DNA of 64,000 bases from an uncultured delta proteobacterium (GCA_963755715.1 CAVWLW010000065.1:1-64000); one strand, 5' to 3'. Positions 52,779 to 63,328 are shown, numbered from the stretch's first letter. The notes: generated by a model from the sequence alone, not told the origin. Made by a program: numbers and translations.

Positions 52779-53189
52779 TCAGGCGGCCTGCTCGCAGTTA
52801 ACCATCCACGGAATCCCGAATTGATCGACAAGCATTCCGAAACGCACGGCCCAGAAAGTCTTCTGGATCGGCATTTTCACTGTTCCGTTTTTTGCCAATG
52901 CGTCAAATATGCGTTCCGCGTCTGTCGGGTCGTCGATGCCGACCGTCACAGAGAATCCTTTTGATTCTTCATAGCGGTCAGGTGGAGCGTCGGAACCCAT
53001 CAACACCTCGTCACCGACGATTAGACGGGCGTGGAGGATCTTATTGCGCCATTCGGCTGGCACTTGTTCCTCCGCCGGCGTACCCACATGTGTGACCATT
53101 GCGACGATTTTGCCGCCAAGGCACTGCTCGTAGAACTTGAACGCTGCCTCGCATTGGCCGTTGAAAGTAAGATAAGAATTCAATTTCAT
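52779..53189 (-). CDS. VOC/PhnB family protein
   Basis: YLTFNGQCEAAF.FY, TFWA.RFGMLVDQFGIPWMVN. Confidence 0.92.
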   Translation of the reverse strand: MKLNSYLTFNGQCEAAFKFYEQCLGGKIVAMVTHVGTPAEEQVPAEWRNKILHARLIVGDEVLMGSDAPPDRYEESKGFSVTVGIDDPTDAERIFDALAKNGTVKMPIQKTFWAVRFGMLVDQFGIPWMVNCEQAA

Positions 53190-53299
53190 AATGCGCTCCT
53201 TTGACTAATGGGTCATCCAGAAAATCCGTTTGCGTGAGGGTCGCCGGAAATCTTGAGGTTCCACGAAGTCGACACTCGACTGACTCCGCGCTCTAACTG

Positions 53300-53329
53300 T
53301 ACGATGAACGAAGCCCGAAGAAATCGACA
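53300..53329 (-). promoter_or_regulatory. ECF42-type promoter, hybrid (B-type -35, A-like -10)
   Basis: TGTCGA-N17-CATCGTA. Confidence 0.65.
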
Positions 53330-53400
53330 CGGCAGACGATCTTTTTTCTACAAGCTATCGAAGATTTGCTCAGACCGTAGATTTTTCATCCTTCGAGCGC

Positions 53401-53778
53401 TCAAGATCGGGTCGAGGGAGGCGTCAGCCGCCAGCGGCCGTAGGCGACGAAGGCCGCGAGAATCCCGACCACCAGCGGGATCGGCGCCGATGCGAAATCA
53501 CCGGCCGCCAGCGTGTACACGGTGGCGCCGATCATAACGATCACCAGCCCCGTGGCGGCCAACGGTGTCAGAGCCGGCCGTATGCGCAGGAGCCAAGGGA
53601 GGATCACTCCGATCGCGCCGAGCACCTCGACGATGCCCGTGAAACGGAGGAACCACCCCGGCAACGGTATCGGCATCTGCTTCGTCATTTCCTCGATCGG
53701 TATGACTAGCTTCATTCCTCCAGCGAACAGAAAGATAGCCGCGAGCAGCGCCTGAGCGATCCATAGTGCAATGTTCAT
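53401..53778 (-). CDS. DoxX-like membrane protein
   Basis: LWIAQALLA..F..AG.MKL, EVLGAIG..LP. Confidence 0.88.
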   Translation of the reverse strand: MNIALWIAQALLAAIFLFAGGMKLVIPIEEMTKQMPIPLPGWFLRFTGIVEVLGAIGVILPWLLRIRPALTPLAATGLVIVMIGATVYTLAAGDFASAPIPLVVGILAAFVAYGRWRLTPPSTRS

Positions 53779-54012
53779 GATCGGTCTCCTTCGTTGTGAT
53801 TCGCAGCTGTTATTGCTCTACACTGCGGAATACTTACTGTTATCGATTCTTCTCCGTTACGTGCTTGTAATAAAGTTCAACGATCTGTGAATTATGAGTT
53901 TTATCTTTGATCAATCTTAGTTTAATGCCGTGACGCGAGTCTTTAAACACGGCGAACATGAAAATTTATTTTCAGCGGGTAACCGCAACACCGATGACGA
54001 TTTGTGCGAAAA

Positions 54013-54462
54013 CTAGTTTCCTTTGAAGCCACTGCGCAGTGGAATGAGCGCGCGCAACCGGTCATCGCGCACGTAAAGCCCGCCCCAAATCAGCACTGCG
54101 ATATAGACTGGGAACAATGTGTGGCTGAAGAGCGGGCTTCCCACGCGCACATGCGTGGCGATGGCGCCGCCGAGATAGCCGGTTAGCAGAATCGCGCCGA
54201 GAATAGCCGTGCGCGGAATCATGTAAAGAACAGTGCAGGTAAGGAGGACGATTCCAAGACCGAGCAAGACGCTTTCGGGATAGCCGAGCTGAACGGTGCC
54301 CTCCACGACCGGTGCGGGTTTCACCAGTTTTCCGACGCCGTCTACGAGCAGGAACAGGGCAGGGAGACCGCTCATAATGCGTCCGGTCCAGAGCCTCCCC
54401 TTGGAGAGGGGCGTGGATTGAGCATCTGCTTGGCGGGCGTGCATTGTCGTAGTTGCTTCCAT
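54013..54462 (-). CDS. DoxX-like membrane protein
   Basis: PRTAILGAILLTGYLGGAIATHVR. Confidence 0.9.
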   Translation of the reverse strand: MEATTTMHARQADAQSTPLSKGRLWTGRIMSGLPALFLLVDGVGKLVKPAPVVEGTVQLGYPESVLLGLGIVLLTCTVLYMIPRTAILGAILLTGYLGGAIATHVRVGSPLFSHTLFPVYIAVLIWGGLYVRDDRLRALIPLRSGFKGN

Positions 54463-54591
54463 GGCGTCTCCTTTCAGCTTTTCGTCCTAGGGTTACCAGA
54501 TCTTTTTGACACTTTCGGATGGATCCTCAGTGGAATTTATTTGTGTTGTAGTCATAGCTTTCTGGTTGGCGATCTTCTTCCGGTCCAATTC

Positions 54592-54621
54592 TACGACGAG
54601 CGAAATGAGCTCTTCAGGACA
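54592..54621 (-). promoter_or_regulatory. ECF42-type promoter, dialect A
   Basis: TGTCCT-N17-CGTCGTA. Confidence 0.8.
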
Positions 54622-54646
54622 TCTCATGTTTCGTCTTCGTGCGCGC

Positions 54647-55006
54647 TCAGGCGTCGACCAGGACCTTGAATCCGCCCCAGAACATGCGCTTGCCATCGAA
54701 CGGCATCGACTTTGGATCCATCATCTTTGCCAGGCGCGGGTCCTTCATGACCTTCGCGTTGACACGGTCGCGATGCGCACGCGACTTGAACACAATCCAC
54801 GAGAACACCACCGTCTCGCCGGGCTTGAGCTTGACGCTCTGCGGGAACGACGTGCGCTTGCCCGGCTTCACGTCGTCGGCGACGCACTCGGTGAACTCGA
54901 GAGCGCCGTGATCGCGCCAAACTTTTCCAGCCTTCTGGGCCATGCGACGATAGGCCTGCAGCTTCTTTTTCGGCACCGGCAAAACGTAACCATCGACGTA
55001 GCGCAT
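54647..55006 (-). CDS. DUF1428 (YbaA-like) protein
   Basis: YVDG..LPVP, ETVVFSWI, MPFDGKRMFWGGF. Confidence 0.92.
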   Translation of the reverse strand: MRYVDGYVLPVPKKKLQAYRRMAQKAGKVWRDHGALEFTECVADDVKPGKRTSFPQSVKLKPGETVVFSWIVFKSRAHRDRVNAKVMKDPRLAKMMDPKSMPFDGKRMFWGGFKVLVDA

Positions 55007-55070
55007 AAAAATCTCCCTTGGTTTGCTGAAAAAATATAGAAACAGATCACTATCGCGATGCGACGAATCT

Positions 55071-55367
55071 CTAGCCGCCGGCGATTGCCCCCACGATCAT
55101 AAAGGGCTCGGCGCCACTCGCGACAGCCTGGGGCAGCGGCGCGTCCGGCGCTTCGTGGGAGAGATCTTCCCCGCACGCGAAAAATCGCACGAATGCTCGG
55201 CGTTTTTTCGTGGTGTGGTCGCGGATCGTGCCGCGCAACATCGGATAACGAGCCTCGAGCGCGTCGAGCACCGAACGCTGCGTGACCTCACCCTCGACGT
55301 CGAGCTTCACCTCGCCGTCGACTTGCGCGAGCTTGCGCAGATGTGCTGGGAGCGTGACACGGATCAT
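55071..55367 (-). CDS. MoaD/ThiS ubiquitin-like protein
   Basis: Beta-grasp size (98 aa), C-terminal AIAGG; ATGA overlap with the upstream gene. Confidence 0.9.
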   Translation of the reverse strand: MIRVTLPAHLRKLAQVDGEVKLDVEGEVTQRSVLDALEARYPMLRGTIRDHTTKKRRAFVRFFACGEDLSHEAPDAPLPQAVASGAEPFMIVGAIAGG

Positions 55368-56551
55368 GGCAGCGTCTGGACCTCGACGGACACCACGGCC
55401 GGAAGATCGCGGACAATGGGCGCCCAGTTGTCGCCCGCGTCGGCGGATGCATACACCTGCCCGCCGGTCGTGCCGAAGTACACGCCGCACTTATCGAGCG
55501 AGTCGACGGCCATGGCGTCGCGCAGCACGTTGACATAGCAGTCGCTCTGCGGCAGGCCTTTGGTGAGCGCTTCCCACTCGTTGCCGCCAGATCGGCTGCG
55601 GTACACGCGGAGCTTGCCGTCGGGCGGAAAATGTTCCGAGTCGCTCTTGATCGGCACGACGTAGATGGTCTCCGGCTCATGCGCATGAACGTCGATCGCG
55701 AAGCCGAAGTCGGTCGGCAGATTGCCGCTGATCTCATGCCACGACTCGCCGGCATCGTCGCTGCGCATGACGTCCCAGTGCTTCTGCATGAACAGCACGT
55801 CCGGGCGCGAGCGATGCATCGCGATGCGATGAACGCAGTGGCCGATCTCCGCGGTCGGATCAGGGATATAGAGTGAATGCAGGCCGCGGTTGATCGGCTG
55901 CCAAGTCTTGCCGCCGTCATCGGTGCGAAACGTGCCAGCCGAAGAGATGGCGACGAACATTCGTTCCTGGTTACTTGGATCGAGAAGGATGGTGTGCAGG
56001 CACATTCCTCCGGCGCCCGGCGCCACATTGTCACCTGAACCGTGGCCTCGCAGGCCGGCGAGCTCGCGCCACGATTTGCCACCGTCGGTGGAGCGGAACA
56101 GGGCAGCGTCTTCGACGCCGGCGTAAACCGTGTCGGGATCAGTCAGCGACGGTTCGAGATGCCAGACGCGCTTGAACTCCCACGGATGCGCCGTGCCGTC
56201 GTACCATTGGTGCGTGGTGAGCGGCTTGCCCGTTTCGGCGGATGTATCGTAAACAAACTTGTTGCTCTCGCCCTTGGGCGTGCCGTCCGGGGCGGTGGTC
56301 GGTTCGCCTGGCGGCGTTCCCGGTTGGTGCCATGTCTTTCCGCCATCATCTGAGCGTTGAATGATCTGCCCAAACCAGCTGCTGGACTGCGACGCATACA
56401 ACCGGTTCGGATCCGCTGGAGATCCCTTGAGGTGATACATCTCCCAGCCGGCAAAGTGGGGGCTGCTGACCTCCCATTTTTCACGCTTTCCGTCCGACGT
56501 GAGAATAAATGCGCCTTTGCGCGTGCCTACCAATACTCGTACTCCGCTCAT
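55364..56551 (-). CDS. BNR/Asp-box beta-propeller protein (exo-alpha-sialidase-like fold), no signal peptide
   Basis: Repeated S-x-D-x-G-x-x-W boxes ([44 protein letters not shown]). Confidence 0.9.
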   Translation of the reverse strand: MSGVRVLVGTRKGAFILTSDGKREKWEVSSPHFAGWEMYHLKGSPADPNRLYASQSSSWFGQIIQRSDDGGKTWHQPGTPPGEPTTAPDGTPKGESNKFVYDTSAETGKPLTTHQWYDGTAHPWEFKRVWHLEPSLTDPDTVYAGVEDAALFRSTDGGKSWRELAGLRGHGSGDNVAPGAGGMCLHTILLDPSNQERMFVAISSAGTFRTDDGGKTWQPINRGLHSLYIPDPTAEIGHCVHRIAMHRSRPDVLFMQKHWDVMRSDDAGESWHEISGNLPTDFGFAIDVHAHEPETIYVVPIKSDSEHFPPDGKLRVYRSRSGGNEWEALTKGLPQSDCYVNVLRDAMAVDSLDKCGVYFGTTGGQVYASADAGDNWAPIVRDLPAVVSVEVQTLP

Positions 56552-56592
56552 GTCTTTCTCCTTATTGATTGAGTTTCGCGCGCCGCGTTATT

Positions 56593-57066
56593 TTATTGTT
56601 GCTCGTTTGCTCTCTTCAGACTTGCGATGTCGAGCTTGTCCATTTGCAGCATGGCGTTCATAACTCGCTTCGATTTCTCGGCATCCTTGTCTTGCAGCAA
56701 TTGACCCAGGACGGTCGGCACAATTTGCCACGACACGCCGAATTTATCTTTAAGCCAACCGCATCTCTGCTTTTCCCCGCCCTCGGAGAGCTTTTCCCAG
56801 AATTTATCGACCTCTTCCTGCGTCTCGCAATGCACGAAGAACGATATGGCCGGCGAGAAGGTGAACATGGGACCGCCGTTCAATGCGATGAACTCTTGTC
56901 CCTGGAGTTCGAAGGTCGCGGACATGACCGATCCTTTCGGTCCGGGTCCTGCCTCGCCAGAGCGCATCATGCTCACAATCTTTGAGTTTGGAAAGATGGA
57001 AGTGTAGAAGTTCGCGGCCTCTTCGGCTTTGCCATCGAACCACAAAAACGGTGTGATTTTTTGCAT
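56593..57066 (-). CDS. VOC family (3-demethylubiquinone-9 3-methyltransferase domain) protein
   Basis: [29 protein letters not shown]. Confidence 0.93.
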   Translation of the reverse strand: MQKITPFLWFDGKAEEAANFYTSIFPNSKIVSMMRSGEAGPGPKGSVMSATFELQGQEFIALNGGPMFTFSPAISFFVHCETQEEVDKFWEKLSEGGEKQRCGWLKDKFGVSWQIVPTVLGQLLQDKDAEKSKRVMNAMLQMDKLDIASLKRANEQQ

Positions 57067-57089
57067 ATCGTTTTATTCCTATGCTGATT

Positions 57090-57500
57090 TCAAGGCGCAA
57101 CCGTAACCATCCAGCCGACGCCGAAGCGATCTGCAACCATGCCGAAGCAGGGCGACCAGAAGGTTTTGCCGAGCGGCATTTGCACCTGCCCGCCTTCGGC
57201 CAGCGCGGCGAACTTTCGTTTCGCGTCGGCTTCATCAGCCGCCGTGAGCGATAATGAAAATCCCTGAAAATTTGTCCCTTCGCTGCAACCGTCGGAGGCC
57301 ATCACATTAGCGTTGCCGATGCGCAAGGTCGCGTGCATGATCTTGTTCTCCCAGCCCGGCGGCACCATCCCCGGCGGCGTGGGTTCCGGACTTTCTTTGT
57401 AACGCATCAGCATCAAAACCTCGGCGCCAAGCGCCTTTTTGTAAAACTCGATCGCCTCTTCGCAGCGGCCGTTAAAAAATAGATAGGGTTCGATAGCCAT
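57090..57500 (-). CDS. VOC/PhnB family protein
   Basis: PYLFFNGRCEEA, TFWSPCFGMVADRFGVGWM. Confidence 0.92.
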   Translation of the reverse strand: MAIEPYLFFNGRCEEAIEFYKKALGAEVLMLMRYKESPEPTPPGMVPPGWENKIMHATLRIGNANVMASDGCSEGTNFQGFSLSLTAADEADAKRKFAALAEGGQVQMPLGKTFWSPCFGMVADRFGVGWMVTVAP

Positions 57501-57587
57501 AATCGCATCTCCTTTTTGTGGGTTGGTATTTCTTGATCGTTCTAATGGGTTTTTTAAACAGGCACGACGCCGAGCGACATCGCTCGC

Positions 57588-57968
57588 TCACGGATTCTCG
57601 GCGGCATTGACCTTTGCGGTAGATTCCTCGTCGAGGGCGCGGATCTCGAAAGTCGCCACGCGAATCCCCGGATGTTTCGACATCAATTCGGTTGCGTGAT
57701 TTAGATCGATGGCATCGAGCAAGAGAACACCGCCGATTTGTTCCTTGGTTTCAGCGTATGGGCCGTCGGTGATGGATACCTTGCCATTCCGGTAGCGCAA
57801 AGTTCTCGCGTTTTGCGCATTTTGCAGCGCCTCCAGGCGAACGAAATGACCATTCCTTTTAAGGACGTTGTCGTAAGCGAAACATTCCTTGATGAAGGTC
57901 TCACGCTCGCTATCAGACATGACGTCGAACTTTTGTTCATCTATGTGTGACAGACAAAGAAGCTTCAT
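57588..57968 (-). CDS. YciI/DGPF protein
   Basis: [14 protein letters not shown]. Confidence 0.9.
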   Translation of the reverse strand: MKLLCLSHIDEQKFDVMSDSERETFIKECFAYDNVLKRNGHFVRLEALQNAQNARTLRYRNGKVSITDGPYAETKEQIGGVLLLDAIDLNHATELMSKHPGIRVATFEIRALDEESTAKVNAAENP

Positions 57969-58004
57969 AATCTTTTCCTTGCGGCATTTACCTACCGATA
58001 TCCA

Positions 58005-58033
58005 GTAGTCGTTCAGCCGCCACGGAATCGACA
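58005..58033 (-). promoter_or_regulatory. ECF42-type promoter, dialect B
   Basis: TGTCGA-N16-CGACTA. Confidence 0.75.
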
Positions 58034-58078
58034 TCCTAAACTAAAAATATTCGACCCAACGGCAGCTTTTACGGTAAT

Positions 58079-58435
58079 TCAGCACTCCAACTCGGCAATG
58101 CAACGCACTTCGACCGTGCCCCCCGCCGGAAGCGTCGGGATGCGCGCCGCGATCGACATCGCCTCGTTCAGATCCATGCAATCGATAAGGTGGTAGCCGC
58201 CGAGTTGCTCTTTGGTCTCGGCGAAGGGCCCATCGGTAAGTACTGTCCTGCCGTTCTTCATGCGCACTGTCTTCGCTGACGGCGCCGGGTGGAGTTTTGC
58301 TCCGCCGCGGAAGTGGCCAGTGTCGACGAGATTCTGTACCCAATCTCCATAGTCCTGCATAATCTTGTCCTTCTGCGCGCCGGGTAAGTTGTTCCAGGCA
58401 GTCTCGTCGAAACAGCACATCAGCATATATTGCAT
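58079..58435 (-). CDS. YciI/DGPF protein
   Basis: [14 protein letters not shown]. Confidence 0.9.
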   Translation of the reverse strand: MQYMLMCCFDETAWNNLPGAQKDKIMQDYGDWVQNLVDTGHFRGGAKLHPAPSAKTVRMKNGRTVLTDGPFAETKEQLGGYHLIDCMDLNEAMSIAARIPTLPAGGTVEVRCIAELEC

Positions 58436-58544
58436 AGTGATCTCTCCATTCTGAAACTCGGCAGTAGCAGAGCGGCATAAAGCTGCTTCTGCACAAACCC
58501 CAGATGATTTAGCTTACCGAGTGGCGAAACTTCCCGACATGGGT

Positions 58545-59423
58545 TCACGCTTCGAGCGGAATCCAAATCTCCATTCCGCCCATACCGGTTTTGGGATTGA
58601 ACTCTTCGGTGTAGCGCTCGAAGCACGGGGCGCTCGCCACTTTGAGCCCCGCTTGGGGCACCCACTCGTTCCATATTTTGTCGATAGTATTGCCGATGGC
58701 AGAGACATTGTCCGGGTGCGTGAAGACCGCATATTCGCGGGCGGGGAGTCGTACGGTCGCGAACTCAGCCGGGAGTCCCTTGGCGTCCTTCACTTCGACA
58801 CCCGAGAGATACTCGAATCCACGCCCCGGCGATACGTTCCAACAAACGCCGTAGGAAACTTGACCCATCTGTCCGGGGACCTTGCCGATTTTCGGGGCAA
58901 ACCGTTCCCATTGTGCGGGAATCTTGGCCCGGGTTTCGAACGTGTAGCTCTCGTTCAAACCGGCGACAACGATCTCCTTGGCATGCTCAAAGCGGGGTGC
59001 TCCGAGCCCCAGCGCCTGGGCGCGAATGCTGGCTTCTTGCCTGCGCAGTTCCGGCGTAAACTCGGCGCCGAAATCTTCCGCCTCGAAAAGTGGGCGAATC
59101 TCGACCTCGCCATCCTCGTTGTACGGATTGGGGCAGCGCTTGACCCACTCGATCGCCTCTTCTTTGGACTTGCACTGCCATAGCCAGTAGCCGGCGATCA
59201 GTTCTTTGGTCTCGGCGAAGGGCCCGTCGATCACGGTGCGCTGGCCGCCGGAAAACCTGACACGCGCGGCTTTGGAGGTCGGATGCAGTCCCTCCCCAGC
59301 AAGCATCACGCCGGCTTTCACCAGCTCTTCATTGAATTGGCCCATCTCGGTGAGGAGTCGCTCGCTCGGCATCACGCCTGCTTCCGAGTCCTTAGTGGCC
59401 TTGACCAAGATCATGAATCGCAT
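58545..59423 (-). CDS. YciI/DGPF fused to a GyrI-like small-molecule-binding domain
   Basis: N-half DGPFAETKELIAGYW; C-half IPAQWERF, YGVC, YAVFTH, FERYTEEF, MEIWIP. Confidence 0.88.
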   Translation of the reverse strand: MRFMILVKATKDSEAGVMPSERLLTEMGQFNEELVKAGVMLAGEGLHPTSKAARVRFSGGQRTVIDGPFAETKELIAGYWLWQCKSKEEAIEWVKRCPNPYNEDGEVEIRPLFEAEDFGAEFTPELRRQEASIRAQALGLGAPRFEHAKEIVVAGLNESYTFETRAKIPAQWERFAPKIGKVPGQMGQVSYGVCWNVSPGRGFEYLSGVEVKDAKGLPAEFATVRLPAREYAVFTHPDNVSAIGNTIDKIWNEWVPQAGLKVASAPCFERYTEEFNPKTGMGGMEIWIPLEA

Positions 59424-59494
59424 CGTCGTATCTCCTTCTGTCTTTTTGATCGGCCGCGCCGTGGCTCTGGGGTTAAATCACTGCTGATATTCCT

Positions 59495-59523
59495 TAGTCG
59501 ATCGGCTCGGCGCAAAATCGACA
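59495..59523 (-). promoter_or_regulatory. ECF42-type promoter, dialect B
   Basis: TGTCGA-N17-CGACTA. Confidence 0.8.
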
Positions 59524-59528
59524 GCCGT

Positions 59529-59915
59529 TCACTCTGCGCCGGGCGTGTTAAGTCCGAGCGCGAGCGTCTGCGCATCCTCCGCGATCGGCCGCACCTCGAC
59601 GCAGCCGAAGCGCGCGCCCGGGATCTTGGCGGCTACCCGGATCGCCTCGTTCAGATCCCTGGCCTCGATGACGTAATAGCCGCCGAACTGCTCCTTGGTC
59701 TCGGCGAAAGGTCCGTCGGTTGTCGACACCTTGCCGTCGCGCACGCGGACAGTGATCGCCGTATCGGCGGGGGTCAGCCGATTGGCGCCGATAAAGTGAC
59801 CGTTTCTTTTGATGTCGGCCGTGAACTCAGCGTACTCCTGGAAGTGCTGCTCCGCATCGGCCGGCGCCATTTGCTCCATCACGGTCTCGGCGCAGATCAG
59901 GCAAATGAATTTCAT
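59529..59915 (-). CDS. YciI/DGPF protein
   Basis: TDGPFAETKEQFGG, VEVRP. Confidence 0.92.
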   Translation of the reverse strand: MKFICLICAETVMEQMAPADAEQHFQEYAEFTADIKRNGHFIGANRLTPADTAITVRVRDGKVSTTDGPFAETKEQFGGYYVIEARDLNEAIRVAAKIPGARFGCVEVRPIAEDAQTLALGLNTPGAE

Positions 59916-60069
59916 CTCGTCTCCTTTTTTTGTCGAACGGCGTCAATCAACCAACGACCCACAGCCCACGTCGCCGGCATTTCGTCGTGGCCCGAGGACT
60001 TAGGGATGTTCAGGCGCGCTGGGAGCATCAGGATGGTCACGTTGATCTGCGAGAACCGGGTTTCTCACA

Positions 60070-60462
60070 TCATTCGCCCTTTGAACGGCGCCGCTCACTC
60101 TCGTGGATCATTTCGGTCAAGTCCTCAGCCGGCCGAATCTCGAAGGGTCCTGCCTTCACACCTGGATGCTTCGACATCAACTGGATGGCGTGGTTAAGGT
60201 CTTTGGCCTCGAGCACGAGGATCCCGCCCAACTGTTCTTTCGTCTCGGCATACGGGCCATCGGTGATGGACACCTTGCCGTTCTTCCATCGCAGCGTGGT
60301 AGCGTTCCCAGCGCCTTGGAGCGCTTCTCCACCAACAAAGTGACCTTTTTTTCGCAGCACGTCGTCGTAGGCGAAGCACTCATCGACCATGGCGTTCCGC
60401 TCGGTTTCGGACATCGTTTCCCACTTCTTCTCTTCCATGTATCCAAGGCATACGTATTTCAT
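60070..60462 (-). CDS. YciI/DGPF protein
   Basis: [19 protein letters not shown]. Confidence 0.92.
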   Translation of the reverse strand: MKYVCLGYMEEKKWETMSETERNAMVDECFAYDDVLRKKGHFVGGEALQGAGNATTLRWKNGKVSITDGPYAETKEQLGGILVLEAKDLNHAIQLMSKHPGVKAGPFEIRPAEDLTEMIHESERRRSKGE

Positions 60463-60502
60463 AATTTCCTCCTGATCGTATTTGATTGGTCGTTTCACCC
60501 TG

Positions 60503-60531
60503 TAGTCGTTCAGGCGAGCCCAGAATCGACA
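60503..60531 (-). promoter_or_regulatory. ECF42-type promoter, dialect B
   Basis: TGTCGA-N17-CGACTA. Confidence 0.8.
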
Positions 60532-60562
60532 ACGGGACTTTAGAAAAACTGCTTTCGCGGTC

Positions 60563-61837
60563 TCAGCCCGGCAGTTCGGCTAGACGCCGCTTCAGAAACC
60601 GCCGCTCCGGCTCCTGCTCCGTGAGGCTCAGCGCTCGTTCGTAGGAGGCTCGGGCTTCCGCGATTCGCCCCAACCGCCGGCAGAGATCCGCCCGCGCTGC
60701 ATGGGCGAGGTGGTAGCCGGAAAGATCACCGCGTTCCAGGATCGCGTCGATCAGCGCAACTCCCTCAGACGGACCGTCGCGCATCGCCACCGCCACCGCC
60801 CGGTTCAGCTCGACCACGGGCGACGGCTCCGCCAGCGCTAGCAGGTCATAAAGCGCGACGATCTGGGTCCAGTCCGTGGCGGCGGCGTTGGCCGCATTAG
60901 CGTGCACGGCTGCGATCGCTCCTTGGACGGTGTATGGGCCAACCTGGTTTGCCGCCAGCGCCCGTTCCACCAGCGCTGAGCCCTCCGCGATCTGATCCCG
61001 GTTCCAAAGCGAGCGGTCCTGGTCGTTAAGCAGGATCAACTCCCCGCTCGACGATGTGCGCGCGGCGCGGCGCGAGTCGTGCAGCAGCATCAGCGCGAGC
61101 AGTCCCAGCGCTTCCGGCTCCGGCAGCAACTCCACAAGCAGCCGACCGAGGCTGATCGCCTCGCTTGAAAGATCGTGCCGCGTGAGTGCCGCACCGGATG
61201 ACGCGGAATATCCCTCGTTGAACACGAGGTAGACGACCCGAAGCACGGCATCGAGTCGGTCCGGCAGCTCGGTCGCCGAGGGTACCTCGTAGGGAATGCG
61301 CGCGTTACGAATCTTTGCTTTGGCGCGGACGATGCGCTGCGCCACCGTGGCCGGCGATGAAAGAAACGCGCGCGCAACCTCCTCCGTTGTCAGGCCGCAG
61401 ACTTCGCGCAGCGTCATCGCCACTTGAGCGTCCGGCGACAGGGCTGGATGGCAGCAGGTGAAGATGAGGCGCAGCCGATCGTCTTTGATGCTTTCGTCGT
61501 TCCACGCCTCGGGATCATCGGTGTCCGCCACGAGTCGCTTGTCGATATCGTCCGGCAACGGCGTGAATCGGCTGCGCCGGCGAATTGCGTCGATCGCCTT
61601 GAAACGGCCGGTCGACACGAGCCAGGCGCGTGGATTGGCGGGGACACCATCGCGCGGCCATTGCTCCAAAGCCGCCCTGAAAGCGTCGTGCAATGCCTCT
61701 TCGGCGATATCGAAGTCGCCGAGTAGGCGGATTAACGTGGCGAGGACGTGGCGCGAATCGGAGCGGTAGACGGCGTCCACCGTGTTGCGCGCGTGTTCAG
61801 GCGCGATGCCTAAGCCGGTTTGTGGGTCGCGATCCAT
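60563..61837 (-). CDS. ECF sigma factor with C-terminal TPR extension (ECF42-type), copy 2
   Basis: [48 protein letters not shown]. Confidence 0.93.
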   Translation of the reverse strand: MDRDPQTGLGIAPEHARNTVDAVYRSDSRHVLATLIRLLGDFDIAEEALHDAFRAALEQWPRDGVPANPRAWLVSTGRFKAIDAIRRRSRFTPLPDDIDKRLVADTDDPEAWNDESIKDDRLRLIFTCCHPALSPDAQVAMTLREVCGLTTEEVARAFLSSPATVAQRIVRAKAKIRNARIPYEVPSATELPDRLDAVLRVVYLVFNEGYSASSGAALTRHDLSSEAISLGRLLVELLPEPEALGLLALMLLHDSRRAARTSSSGELILLNDQDRSLWNRDQIAEGSALVERALAANQVGPYTVQGAIAAVHANAANAAATDWTQIVALYDLLALAEPSPVVELNRAVAVAMRDGPSEGVALIDAILERGDLSGYHLAHAARADLCRRLGRIAEARASYERALSLTEQEPERRFLKRRLAELPG

Positions 61838-62090
61838 AACATGTTGCCTCTCATTTAAGGTTAGCGTGGGGTAGCGACTCAGAGCGGAGAATCGCTTTGG
61901 CATTTTCCGCCCATCCGATCGCACTCTAAACTCTGCCAATTTTCTCGCAATCGGTGCCAAAATCAATGAGGGAAAGTAAATTGGCGGCGAGGCGAGTCCC
62001 ATGAAACGATAGAGGTCTTATCGAAGACAAACCAAACGGATTCGCAGCGCAACGATTTGAACGGCTGGAACGAATTAAACGACTGTTGTT

Positions 62091-62364
62091 TCAGCGCGCA
62101 ACCAGCAACGTGGGATCTGCGCAGTGACCCGCCGATCCTCGGGTTCGGCGGCGCTTTCGAACACGACTACCGATTTCCGCGCTCGGTGAGTAGATATTTA
62201 TGAAAGTTAAAGCGCGGCGGCTTCCAGTCGTCGCCGCGAGTCAGGAAAGAGCCGGTTTGCGTTTCGCTGACGACCGAGGTCTTCGCAAACACGGAAACAT
62301 GGTTGCCCTAGTAACCGGCAGAATCGCGCGATCTCCTGGTTCGATCCCGGCTCCTGGCCGCCGA
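62091..62364 (-). pseudogene. Degraded glutathione peroxidase (Gpx/BtuE) 3' remnant
   Basis: GGQEPGSNQEIARFC ... KPPRFNFHKYLL ... VVFESAAEPEDRRVTAQI across several frames; the 5' part is absent. Confidence 0.75.
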
Positions 62365-62994
62365 TCACGGCTTGATGGCGGCGAAAGCTTCGGCGATGCG
62401 CGTCGGCGCATTTGGGCGGGCGTACATCCGCTTCATGTAGGTGAGCAGCTGCGGGCAATCGTCGAGCAACTGGTCCTCGTTGGCCCAGTCGAGCGTGTAT
62501 GCCATCACAAAATCGGCGACCGTCACATTGTCGCCCACGATGAACTGCCGCCGTTGCATGTGCTCCTCTAACACAGATGCCATGGCCTTGAACTCCTGGC
62601 TGGCGGGGACCACGTCCGCCGGCAAGCGCTGCTCTTCCGGATACAGCATCGTGTTGCGAGCGATGCGCCAGAGCGGCTGCTCCAACTCCGTCGCCGCGAA
62701 CAGAAGCCAGCGGTTGACCTGCGCCCGCTCCTTAAGGTCGGTGGGGATCAGGCCTTTGTTGGAATACTTGTCGGCCAAGTAGAGCACGATGGCCACAGAC
62801 TCGGTCAACACGAGGTCGCCGTCGACGAGCACTGGAATTTTGCCTGCGGGATTGATCTTGAGAAACTCGGGGCGCTGGTGCTCGCCGGCTAAGAGGTTGA
62901 CGCGAATGGGTTCGAAATCCACGCCCAGCTCCTGGAGTGTCCAGCGCACGCGGATCGATCGGGTAGGGCCAAACTCGTATAGTTTCATCTTCAT
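62365..62994 (-). CDS. Glutathione S-transferase
   Basis: KLYEFGPTRS, INPAGKIPVLVDG, ESVAI, TVADF. Confidence 0.93.
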   Translation of the reverse strand: MKMKLYEFGPTRSIRVRWTLQELGVDFEPIRVNLLAGEHQRPEFLKINPAGKIPVLVDGDLVLTESVAIVLYLADKYSNKGLIPTDLKERAQVNRWLLFAATELEQPLWRIARNTMLYPEEQRLPADVVPASQEFKAMASVLEEHMQRRQFIVGDNVTVADFVMAYTLDWANEDQLLDDCPQLLTYMKRMYARPNAPTRIAEAFAAIKP

Positions 62995-63062
62995 CGATAC
63001 CTCCTTCTTCGGCCGCGCTTTGCGGCCGATCGCGATGTTTGAACCTAAGTTCTCGGCGAGCG

Positions 63063-63262
63063 CTACGGCTTCAAGTCGATCGCGGCTTTGAAGCTGCCGT
63101 CCATGTAGAAGGGGACCGAGCTACGCTCATGTGTGATCGTCCACTTCCCGTCGATTTTACGGAAGCCGAGGGTCTCGCGAAACCACAAGTCCACGTTCTG
63201 TCCGTCTAGTCGTTGTTGCCATCAGCCACGTCATCTTCGATGGGTTTACTGGTTGCCGTCAT
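63063..63262 (-). pseudogene. Internally deleted YybH/SnoaL-like (NTF2) remnant
   Basis: GAGGAG RBS and MTATSKP..., then in another frame DGQNVDLWFRETLGFRKIDGKWTITHERSSVPFYMDGSFKAAIDLKP*. Confidence 0.8.
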
Positions 63263-63298
63263 TTTTTCTCCTCTCTAGCTTTTGTCTCGTTTCATTAA

Positions 63299-63328
63299 TA
63301 CGACGAACGAGAAAATACCCTCGGGACA
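63299..63328 (-). promoter_or_regulatory. ECF42-type promoter, dialect A
   Basis: TGTCCC-N17-CGTCGTA; shares GTTTCATTAATACGACGAA with the 50024 promoter. Confidence 0.8.

Noticed and set aside
53790-54010. AT-rich intergenic stretch as ncRNA or riboswitch
   Set aside because: Only one weak hairpin (GCCGTG...CACGGC) and no recognisable family motif; an Rfam search would be needed.
59932-59959. ECF42 promoter upstream of the YciI at 59915
   Set aside because: Only GGTCGT-N18-CGAC, a poor -35 with off spacing; the similar site near 58465-58495 is also too degenerate.
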